64,000 nucleotides of DNA from Trichoplax adhaerens (lineage: Eukaryota; Animalia; Placozoa), in NCBI RefSeq assembly GCF_000150275.1, contig NW_002060947.1, forward strand, positions 7,177,880-7,241,879, read 5' to 3'. The notes beneath the pieces were generated by a model. It saw only the letters and a list, made by a program, of their open reading frames with translations, made no database searches and was not told the DNA's origin. Below are positions 12,167 to 24,460 of the stretch, piece after piece. A program made the translations under genes and the position numbers. Positions within the stretch are counted from its first letter, which is position 1, and each line of letters begins with the position of its first letter.

Positions 12167-12970
12167 ATGAAGGCTATTCTTGCACTCTTTTGTGCTCTAC
12201 AATTGATGACTCTTGTTGCGGTAATGGATTATAATTAGTCATTAATTACAACCACTGCTAATGTGATATGATTCTCAGAGAAATCAATTACCAATCTTGC
12301 AATTTTTCAGCCATCCGCCGCGGCATATTATTCTAAATATAACAGGAATTACCTTAAAAAACTACTTCTTCAACTTGATTTAAAACTCAAACTCCATTCA
12401 AAGAAGCACCACATTAATCATAGTAAGACTTTAAAATAAAATATTGTTTCTTTCATTTTGCTAACTGAACTGTAAACTAAATCTTCCGTTTCATACCATA
12501 TTAACATTTATTCTCGTTTTAATCCATAAGGTTCTACGGACAGACTAAAGATTTGTAAAGAAAGCAGCTCTGTAATCAAAGTCTATCATTCATCGGTCAT
12601 TGGTTGCCCAGGCAGTTGGACTGGCCACATTCGAAACGCCGATTTGTGTGGCAGAGGATATCATTTATGTAATAAAAACGACAGAAGGTCCCTACTTTCC
12701 AAGATTACCTACAAAGATGCCATTAAAATCCCTGGCTGTTATGCATTTAATGCAGCCCATGACTTTTACAAGTGCATTGACTGTGAGAATAGAACGGCTC
12801 ACGATGATCTAGCCGGTGTCGGTAGGGCATGTCCTATAAAAGTCGAACGTAGAACATCCTGTATAACAGGAGGGATGATTGATGCAGCAAGAAGCTTTGA
12901 GAGCTACAGCAACAATAGGGCTTGCCAGTATCATTCAGGAATATCTGGTGTTTTGTGTTGCAAAAATTAA
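12167..12970 (+). CDS. Secreted cysteine-rich protein of unknown family, 201 aa, 3 exons
   Basis: Exons 12167-12220 (MKAILALFCALQLMTLVA), 12311-12422 (PSAAAYYSKYNRNYLKKLLLQLDLKLKLHSKKHHINH) and 12531-12970 (in frame with ORF 12644-12970; 12 Cys, ends GVLCCKN). All junctions GT-AG and phase-compatible; AATAAA at 13138-13143. Confidence 0.88.
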
Positions 12971-14010
12971 CACTTATTTTCGGTGGAGTTTACCCATATT
13001 TTGCTGTCACTTTATGTTCTAGTTTAAAACATTGATTGTAAGGATTGAACATAATGTTAACTACTACTTAATAGATGTAACATTAACTAGAAAAATTTCA
13101 ATATCACTGGATTAATGTCCGCACTCCTTGTTTCTAAAATAAAAATAGTTTGCAGTACCAAATGAATTATTGCTTGCCTAAAGTACCAAGTTAAATCAGA
13201 ATCTAATCTTAAAAGACCTTCTTATTGGCGGAATTTAGTCATATCGTTATACTTTCGAGTCAGTTTATAATATTTTAACTAGCACTCTATTCTTTTCTAC
13301 CAAGCAGTACATTAGACAAGTAACTATAGCAACTACAGCACAGTAATGCATATTATAATCGTATTAGTAGCAAGCAATGACTGATCATATTTAACTCAAT
13401 CGTAAAATAAATTCTCCTTTGATATAGCAATGTGATAATGCACAGTACTAACGGCGTGTAGAGAAAGATACACCCATATTTGAACATATGGATAGCTATA
13501 TTTGATATAGTTAGGTTACTTTGAATAGATATTATCATGAAGCTAATACTAGATGATTGCTAACTACTATATTAGAAATTGTTGTTGACTAATAGTAGCC
13601 AGTTGACTAATTATGTTACAAGATTTATATAGCTAGAAACACTAATAGTTGTTAAGATGCCTTTTGGAGAAAGGGACTAAATGTTAATAGAAAAGTAATG
13701 GCATCTTAAGTAGAATGATTTAGATTTATAGAAAATAATGATATATTATTAGAGAAAAGTATTTTGTTTGATGACTCATATCTGATTGTCCATTAATCAA
13801 GATGTCATAAATGGATTTATCGAAATGTTTATAAGAACTGCAGAGATGAGCTCAAAAAGGAGAAGAGACTTCGCTTCACTTTGAGCTCGGAAGACTTTAG
13901 GTTTAAGCCTTAAAGAAATACCACTTGACTAAAATAGTTATTCTGAGGCCCATTTATTACACGGCGATTACCATTTATTATAACTAATAAAGAAATTGCA
14001 AGGGTTAGCA

Positions 14011-15205
14011 TAATATAAGAAAATGGTTTCTGCTCTGCCGTTATCGCTGCAATATTGCAACATTGGTATTACTATAGTATTCCAGAACATATGTAGATTT
14101 TAGCCAGTGAGCAATCTAATAGATTAGAACCAACTTTCTTTTGAGATTTCTAGTTAGTTATACTACTACGATTCACATTACAAATTGATCATGCAGTTCT
14201 AATTCTGACTGTAGTTAACAGTAAATAAATCTTTGCTCGTTAAAATTCATAAAGGTGTGTAAGATGCGAGATGAAACGCTTCATAGTGTCTAAATAAGTT
14301 TTTAAATTATTACAGGTACGAGTACATGCCAACATCTTGCCCAAGTTTTGTATTGTAAATTGAAACTTTTGACGAAATTTAATTCTTATTAAAGTAATTA
14401 TACTTACAAAAATATATCAAACCGCAAAGATTTAATAAAACAATACTTTGGGTTATATCAAGCTGGACTATTGATTAGATACTTGTGTATTCATAAGCAC
14501 TAGCATGGTTTCGTTATCGGAAGGTCAATTTGCAATAACCTCCTTAGCTTAATGAGAAAACAACATTAATTAAATCACTGTCATCCTATAGTCACTATTA
14601 TGATGAGTGGGAAAATGGTGCAGCCACACTGCAATATTTTTTACCACTCCTTTGTAATTGGTGACAGTGGGCAAAATATATTGAGATGATATACGTATTA
14701 ACAGGTTTACCTATTATAACGTTAAGTAAACTCAAAAATTTTGTAATTGTATTAAAAAATCATCTAAATTAAAATCCTTTTCCATTCTCTAGGATTAGAT
14801 TAATGTTGGATTATGCCAGTGCATTGTTAACGATTGCGGTCGAAAGGTGAAATGCCATATTAGTAAAATTAATAGGAGATCAAGGGGATCCAGTATATCG
14901 ATATAGTGCAGAAGTGGTATNNNNNNNNNNNNNNNNNNNNNNNNNNNNNNNNNNNNNNNNNNNNNNNNNNGACAATTATTGATTATGTTTATTCAATAGG
15001 AAAATAAATTCTTCGATATGATAATGTGTTCCACAGTGCTAACGGTAATTATCCTGTAAGCTATAGTCTAAAAAATTTCAGAAATTACTATAATATGAGG
15101 AAAAGATTTCTACCCTACAACTATCACTGCAATACTGCAACGCCAGTATTAATATTTCACAATTAATGTAGACTTTACTCAGTGAGTAATTTAATAGATT
15201 AGAAC
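14011..15205. repeat. Diverged ~120 bp direct duplication (14011-14130 and 15091-15205) on either side of the gap
   Basis: taatat.ag..aa..tttct..tatc.ctgcaata.tgcaac..gtatta..atgtaga.ttta..cagtgag.aat.taatagattagaac in both. Confidence 0.7.
14921..14970. other. Assembly gap (50 N)
   Basis: Run of 50 n characters. Confidence 0.99.
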
Positions 15206-17220
15206 GGGTTTTGAAGCTAATTTCAAAAAATTGCATTCAATAAATACCAGGATTGTTCTTGTCTTTATATACTGAGATCAAAGAAACCAGAGATTAAAAG
15301 AAGTAGCATGAGACCTTATCTCAGCAAATTGTTTAAATTTTTCGCAGCCACACTAATTGTGTGGAAATTTATACGGTGAAATCGATAAATTGGATTACAT
15401 GATTGACTTTTTAGTATCAGATCTATTATTTAAATGGTTTAATCTAAGTTTCTCGAAATGTAAGGATTTATGTTGCATATATAATTATAAAATCCATTTC
15501 TTCCTACAAGATGAGCTGTTTTACAATATAATATACAAGCAATTTTTAAAAATAATTGACAAGTATAGCTAGATGCCGACTAATAATTTTACTAGATCGC
15601 TCAATCATACGGTACCAATGCATCTTCGATATCTTACTCAGACTTTTTTGAAAATTCCACCTAGCTTCGCAAATAACAACACTTCTATCATTATTTTAAC
15701 GGAATTTGATATCGTATCGTGCTATATCCAAAGTGAAAACGATTTTATTAATCAAGTTTAAGCCATGTTTGTTATACTTATTAAATTGATGTTGAGTACT
15801 TATTCAAAAAAAATAGTAGATTACAATAAAAATATATTAATTTCAATGCTAAACTATTTAATCTAAGAATAATCTATACATTTTTACGGTAATGCAAAAT
15901 TTATTCCTAGAAAAATTTATAGAACAGTCATATTCTCATCTGTATTTATTGACAGTTTAGAATTAGACGCAACCCTTTCATTAATGTAAGTAAAAGATTG
16001 AATACTCTATTTCTTCGCTAATAAAAAAGTTTAAGGCTTGCAATTCATGATCGTATACCTGGCATAGAATATTATAATCTTGAACTCGAAAATCGATATT
16101 TAATATAGTAGTAGCCAAAGATAATCTATTTTTATGCAGTAATTTAATATGGCATTATTCGGCAAGTCGTTATTACACTATAGAATTTAATTTATTCGTA
16201 AAAATTTTTGCGATATAATAATTTCATTATTCGTATCTAGTTTGGTTAATTAAATAGCTTAGAAATTCTACATTGTTTTTGTTATTAATTTCTAGCTATA
16301 GGAGCTATCTTTCGTTATTACTAACTGAAAATCATAACAGGTAAGATTATCAGTTAATTAAATCAATACTAAAACTGCACACAATTAAAGTTTCTTTTAA
16401 TATAAAATTACAGGAAATTCATCCCATAGAAGTATTTTAGTAATTAAAGACAACGCATTTACCTTCATTTTAATATTCAATAATGAAAGGCAATATTGCT
16501 TTTGTTTAGTCATTTTTAAAGGTTTAAAGGTTAATATCAATTTTGATGATATGATTTTTGTTTACTGGAAATAGTTAATAGACTATTAGTGAAGCTAAAT
16601 GTATTTTATGATTTATATTGATCTTTTAACGTGGCTTTAACATTATCTTCTCATGCACAAGTAACATTTGAAGCTTATGATATTATTAATAAGAAATGAA
16701 TGATGAAATCTTTGCTAATAGGATATAATTTAAAGTAAATAATTGTTCAATTGCCGCATTGCAAGTCGATATAAATAAGGAAGAACTAAGATTGAAAACT
16801 ATTGCCGATAGTTACTTCCTAAATAATTTATAATACACTAATAGTGTGACACTGATTGTTGAATAAAATGCTAGCAACAATCGAAAAATCTTTCTGGAAA
16901 TTAAAATTATTATTCGTGGCTTCGCCTTAACCAACATGGTTGAAATCTAGAGCACAATATTGCAAAATGATAGTAAGCTAATAGCAATAATTGAGTCTCT
17001 CTATTGAGATTGAAAATATTTATCGGAGTTTGGTATTTACTTCAATGAATTTATCAATGAATGGAATATTAAATTTTAACAAGCTAAGAGCAATGGCTGT
17101 ATAATTGGAATCGTAAAATTATAACTCTGTTTTTTGCTAGCATGATTGAAATTATTAAAGACTATATTATGATAAAAGTGAAATCAATCGAAATAAGAAG
17201 CTCTTATTAGAATTGTGTCA

Positions 17221-17720
17221 ATGAAAGTTTTGCTTAGCGTATATAATCATGTTAATAAACTAATTAATCAATCGTAAGAAGTGGACTGTGATAATTAAAA
17301 ATTCTATTGAAACTACCATGATCAAATAACCACAGCCTCGGGCTTACTTAAGTAACTAGATTTATAAAGAAATATAATATTAAATAATTAAAAATGGCAA
17401 TAATGAAGAATTTAAAATTATTAATTTCTTTTATGAATTTGCTTATAATAAAAACTGTGGCAATAAAATAGTATATTTAATTAAAAATTGACAACCATAA
17501 TAGAGAATCTTGCTTTGACGGCATTGGCTTTAATACAAATGCAATATAACCTAAAATAGTAATATATATGTATAATCAGATGGCAGTAATAAAGATATTG
17601 AAATTGTTATTCTTGATTGTCTGTTTCTGCCTGTATTGCTGTGCAGACTAAATAAAAAGAAATAAAATTTCGGCAAGCTAACACCATTAACAAAGAAGCT
17701 GTAATGAAATTAAAATGTTA
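17221..17720 (-). pseudogene. Possible decayed class A GPCR fragment
   Basis: Minus strand reads successive hydrophobic segments with stops and a frameshift: ITILGYIAFVLKP..IYYFIATVFIISK..FFIIAIFNYLILYFFINLVT../LIITVHFLRLIN*FINMIIYAK; the last resembles TM7 NSxxNPxxY. AT-rich DNA can mimic this. Confidence 0.3.
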
Positions 17721-20700
17721 AATTGAACATAGTTATAAAATTATACTAAGTATGTAGAATATCAATTTGAAATTACTTTGGATGATAAAATTAATGTCAT
17801 AAATTGAATATTGGCCCAGTCATCAGCGCAATCATTGAGTAACTCTATGCATGATTATTGCAAATGTATTCTTACTAGAGCAGTAAAATACATGAGAGTA
17901 TTAAATCTGATCAATGTCATCCTTTAGTTGTTGTTACAGCTGCTAAGGCCTAGCATTACGCTATAGTACACCACAACTAAGGCTCCTAAGATACTCGCTG
18001 ATGACAAAAGTGAATAATCTAAATATTACAATGGAATTTTGCTCGTTAATTTATTATTCAGCTTTATCACTCTTTATTCCGTAATAATTTCATCTAATCC
18101 ATGTTAACGTGGATCGATAAGTAATAAACTAACGCTGTGTGATTATGTTTTCTTTTGTTTCTGAAATTCTTCGAAAAATCATTTATCATTGAATTAAAAT
18201 GAATCAAATATAGCATTTTTAATATTAGGCTATATTAATTAACTTAGTGTATTTTGAAGGCATAATGAAAGTTAATAAAGCTAAATTGATCACTATGCTC
18301 TAAAATTGAATTAATTTCTGATCAAAGATTGCGCTATCGACGGGTAAAATCGAAAGATAGATCACCTATATTGACAAAATTAATTAATAGAAACAATAGG
18401 TTTAGATAAGCTGATACATCAAATGAATGATAGAATATTCGTATTTAATATTATATTAATAAATTGTGGAATCGGGTAGAAAAGAATGGTATAGTTATAA
18501 CCTGCAGTAGTCTCAGATGTTAATTATAATGCCAATATTTTATAACTGAATTAATTACAGTATTATGCCAAACTCTACGGACCATAAGTTGCATGAGCCT
18601 AATACCATAATAAAATTCAGCCGATGACATCATCAGCAAATCATATAAGATGAAATAAGTTTATGCACGTTTAAGAAAACAAAATTTTCAGAATATTAAC
18701 TTATAAAACGATAATTCACTATCAATTTCGCCATTAAAGGCAGCAGAATAATGTTGCTGGTGTATCCTTTGATTACGTTGTCAACATCTTTTAGTAAAAT
18801 GATTTGCTAACTATGACTTTTTCCATCATAATTAAATTGCAAAACTAATCTCAACGAAAAACGAAGCTTGTACTGCAAAACTCAATTTATCTCTTACATA
18901 TTCTTAATTCTAGATTTTATCTATCAGCATTACAAGAACTATTATCTAGTGTTAAAAATTGCATTAAAGAAATTACGTAACAATTACTTATCCTGAATAT
19001 TAATCAATTGAAAATTTATTTGATACCGTCTAAGGTAATTGATTCGTTTACTATCGTCTTAGATTACTATGTTGGAAACGTTGCGGAGTAAAAAGTGTAA
19101 TAATATATTTACTTGGAGAAAAAAGGTGTCAAAATAAAGTGAGATTAAGAACTTATTTATTAATTTATTTAATATTACAGTTATAAAAAGATAACAACTA
19201 GATTCTCCGTGTATCTTTTATAATTATTAAGTCTAAATAAATTAATTCTCGTGGTATTAATTAAATTAAAAGACAGCAATTCTGATTATTACACAGAACG
19301 TTAAGCGTGTACTGTATGAACGTGAAAAAACTTGTGATATGAAATTTACAATATTAGTATTTGCTGCTGCTAGGTTACCTGGTTGAATGTTTATAAAGCG
19401 AGCACAGGGAATTGATGTTTTTGGAGAGAAAAAATAATGTAATTAATTTATAATAGTTGTTGCTATCGGTCATATCTTAATATTTTATTAATATATGTGA
19501 CATTATATAGATTTGCTTATCAACTGTTCTTGTAAAGCATTTTATATTGTAGAATCAAAAAATGGATATATCTCGATTATTTGTTGCAGTGAAATGTCTA
19601 CACCAAAGATACTTTGTTTAAGTTATTGTTAATACAGTAGTTAAATTATAAATTAATTGATGTCATTTTTTTCAACAATACAGTCATAATATGCTATCTA
19701 ACTTTAAATAACTTATACGAGTGCAATAATCATTTATAACAAGTAGATTTTCAACGTTTTACTTGATTAACTATAGATAAGTAATTTCTACTGTAATTTA
19801 TTTTACCTAATTGAATCCTAGCAAAATTTTAATATGATTAAACTTATTTTCTTAAGCTTTGTAATTAATAGCTCTAAAAATATCTATATGACGTCTTGCA
19901 TGCAATAGCGAGTAATTTATAAATGTGAACATTTTTATTTTTTAACTACAGATTTCAGTTACTGAATAAACTATTGAAAATGAGTTGACACGCATTCTAT
20001 TTATATCTGTCCAATTGAGAGAGTAATCTTTAAATATATTCCTTATAGATCTAATTAGCATAAAGTAATGCGATTTTTCTTTGTAGAATTTTCTTTATAA
20101 CATAGTTCAAAGAGTTTATTAGAGATTGAGTACTAAATTGAACTTTATTGTAAATATTCATATAGCTGTAACTTGTAAACAGAAGACCATGCTAATTGTT
20201 CTATAAAGACATATCATGAATATTAATAGGCATCTTATAACATCAATCAAAGAGATAACTAAGTTTATGATGCACAGCATAAGATAAGAAGGTAATTGTT
20301 ACAAAACAGCTTTGCAACAAGATAATGTAATGCACGATCAATCAGTCGATTCCCTGAACCACGTATCAGGGAGCAGTATCTACTCTTTCAGGAACACTTT
20401 TCCTATACTAGTAGACTACAAAAAGACTTAGATGCCTCGTATCTTACGTTAAACACTAATCATAAGAACTAACTTTATTATACGATTTATCGCATTTTAT
20501 ATACTCTTTTACAATAGCAAAGACATCCTAGTTAGTAATATTAACCTTAAAACCTGATAGTGAATCAAAAGCTAATTTTATCTATTGCTACTTAATGAAG
20601 ACAATAGTATTCACGAACATAGATATCGAATGACTAATACAAAATTGTCAGATTACAATATGTCCTATCACGGAACATTTCTACGATAATCTACAATCTA

Positions 20701-23700
20701 CCATAAGTAAATTATAATCACAGAGTTTGAATTGTAAGAAGATTATTCGCGATTCCCTAATTAAAGTACTAATTTCAGTAGGCTGTATATATTACCATAA
20801 AAGCTAGTGCTATATTTAAATATCACATATCTTAATTAGAAACTCTTCATATAAGGGTAAATCAACAAAATCATCCTAACATAGATGTTTCTACTATAAT
20901 CTCGATAGTACAATGTCTAACACTGTAACAGTAATACATTAACTATTTTATCTAAGTCCAAATTGGGTAGGAAGTAAATAATCATAATTAAATTAACTCA
21001 TTTTATACGGTATATTTTCATCGTTATACTGCAATGTACATGAACAAATGAAAATAATATAATTTGTATTCGTGCATATAAATTTTCTTCCTATACAAAC
21101 TGTTTTAAAATATTGACTACGGCTCATCTTTTCAATAAACCTATTAATTTTAATATTTTATTTACTTTAGGATGTTATAGAAGGAAATACGTGCTTATTT
21201 TAAAATTTATACGATAAATCTAAAGCCATAACTTTGAAATACAAGTAAAATGTTTCAATTAAGCTTCATTGATGATTTTATATAGGAATTGCGTTAAAAT
21301 AGTAAATTGCTTTTGAAGTGAGGTTAGCAAAAGCGAGTTAGAAATGATTCGTAAGAAAATGAAATACAAATAAAATAACAATATTATTTATGAATTGATA
21401 ATAACATTAAAATTTAGATTCTAAAGGTGGATTGCTTGCGATAAGATTATCATCCATAATGAAATAGTATCAATTAAGGCATAAAAAGGACTGCTTTACG
21501 TATTAAGCTATTGATAAAGTATTATAAGCATCGCTCCAAGAAATGATATGATAGTAACAATTTTTGAATCTCTTTGAATAATGCTAATTTAAAGGATGTT
21601 GACATTTAAAATTATCACACATTGTTATTTTCTGTTATGACGATAAATAACAACTTAATATTAACAGAGGATCAGATTTTCTGGAAGCTCGTACACTATA
21701 TATTCTTTATAAATCAGATATATCCCACAGGCCGTCGTTATGTCAACAAATTTTGATAACATTGTACTAGTTTATCATTTTAAAATTGGGATATTTAATA
21801 ATTTCTATCAGACAGACGATCTTAATGGTAACTTGAAAACATCCATGTTATGGGTTATTAGAAATTTTATTTGAGATTTTTTCCCACAAACTGCATTCCA
21901 TTTGAGATATGCTACATCCTCTTTATTAATTGATTGTTCGTTAGGATGACGATATTTTAAGCCATTAGTTATATAGATTTAACTATCAATTATTTTATCA
22001 TGACACCATCATAATCATTTGGTACCACTTACATCGAATAGATAGTTCATTATCTCCTATTATAGAGATTCACCGAAAATTATGACTATGGATGGAAATA
22101 GATTTTCGGCAAATAATCCCTTTATAGATTCTACAATAAATTACATGTAGAGGTATCGCGTGGGTGCTTTTTCATATCCGCGAATTAGGCAATGCCGAAA
22201 TAATTTTCATTTCGTAGGTATTGCAGTTATTAATATGTTGGCTTATATTATGATAATTTAATAAATATTAGTTAATGCCAGAAATAGAAATTAGATTCTC
22301 GTAAATTTCATGATAGATTGTCATTTTATTGCAAATAGTTGCTAATACCAAGGTAGAACTGGAATATTTGGGAATGACATACATTTGTGTACAAATTCTA
22401 TTACAATGTAGATACAGCATCGTAGGAGTGTTCTATCGGTAGTTTTGGCTATATTAAATAGCTTATGTCCTATATTACAATTAATAGGGTATTGAATGCT
22501 ATGGAATGATTAAGAAATGTCTATTGATAATATACTTTATCTATTTTACTTTAGAAATAAATTTCTGCTTGACTAATAGACAATGGGCTCTATACAAATT
22601 CCATGATAACTAGGGATATAATACGGAATGATGATCAAGCGCCAATCCCAAAGCTTTACCATTTTACACCATTAACAGCAAATCGATTGCTATTATAATA
22701 CATACCCTTTCACTCATTCCCGTGTATAAATTAGCCGACAGATGCAGATCGCTCTAAATGATTAAAAGCCATCAGTAAACTCCATTATAATCATATCGAA
22801 CGCATGATAACGTGGCTACAACTTTATAAATGTTGAAGTTATTCCACTACTACATAAGAATCAATTGATATTAAATGAAATAAAAAAATTTTTAATGATC
22901 ACGTAGTTCAAAATTAGCAACTGTTCTGTATAAAGCCTCTAAAGTAGACTATTATTATATATTGTCCTCTTGACTGCGATAAATTACCAGCTGGTAGGTG
23001 GTGCATTGATATAATTTACGCTAGGGATTTTTTCAGTTATTGTCATCTTAGAGGACATCACGCAAGAGAAAACTAATTTCGTGCCTGACTTTAGTTGCAT
23101 GCATACTGTAAAACAACTTCAATTTATTTAAAGTCAATGATAGATTTACTGTGCATTTATTTGTCGTCCCACATCTCTTTAGCCTTTTTTGTATCATATG
23201 GTGATAATTGATAACATAGAAATAAAGAAAGCTAAGTTAATTTAAATAATTTCCGAGCTTTATTCACTGTCCTTTTCACTTTGAATCGAAAAATTTTAGT
23301 TGGTATTTTTCTCATTTTTATATTTCAGCAGGACAGTTAGAGCAGCAAGTATGTAGAAAGTAAATTAGTTCTTATCATATTCATGCCAGTATGCAGTTAC
23401 AGAAGAATGATGATGGAAACAAAATTAACTTCCATATTAGCTTGTTATTACTGCCTTAGATCACGTACTGGTACGGCAATAAAAAATGAAAGCTTTATTG
23501 TCAATTTTAACGTTGAGAATCAAGTTCTTGCTACTTGAATTGTTATTTTTTCCTGGGATTAGATTTGATATAATATAGTAAATGGAATACCCAATTTATG
23601 AGAAAGAGACCTCAGTGTTTTCAAATCTTCATGCCAGCACCTAATTTTTGGAAAATATATTAATGACAATTCTTCATATATCACGTAATTATTAAGATGC

Positions 23701-24124
23701 GACTTTATATAACATTAAGAAAATAAAACTTTTACTAAATGTAAATGCGATTGCCATTATTTCATACAGATACCATGCAATAATGTCTAGGTAACAGGAT
23801 TTGGAATATGATATATATCGTTAATATGCAAATGTGTTCGTCTTAAAATGTATAAAATTGACATATTACTATACAAAGCAATGAAAATACCTAGATAATA
23901 GACTTTCAAGTATGGAAAAAAGGATACAAATATCTGAACTGTTCCATCTTAGAACAGATGGTGAAGGAGTTGATCTTTGTGAATATAATCGCGCTCTATC
24001 AGTAGGATTTCACGTATGAAAAACTTGGCGTAAATAATTAAATCACACTTTGAAATATATAATAATAGAATTGATGTAGACAGAAATGTCGCAATTATGC
24101 TTGAAATAACAGACTTTCGTTATA

Positions 24125-24460
24125 AATAAATTCGTGTTAATATCTAAATGCGATTGCCTGGAAAATATGATGATGGAATTAATCGACTGCGGATGTAAGG
24201 CAATTATACTTAAATAAATTAGTGCTAATATCTGAATGCGATCGAGGTGGAAAACATATGGCAATTATACCTCAATGAATTAGCGCTAATATCTTAATGC
24301 TAATATTTAAAGGCGATCGCCTAGAAAATATGATGATGAAATTGATCTACTACGGATACATGTGAATTATACCTCAATAAATTAGTACTTATATCTGAAT
24401 GCGATCGTCCCAGAAAACATGATGAAATTGGTTTATACGGATACAAGGCAGTATGCTAAA
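24125..24460. repeat. Degenerate tandem repeat, ~88 bp unit, about 4 partial copies
   Basis: Repeated atatctgaatgcgatcg..gaaaa.atgatga..aatt..cggat..aattatac.t.aat.aattag.gctaata. Confidence 0.75.
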
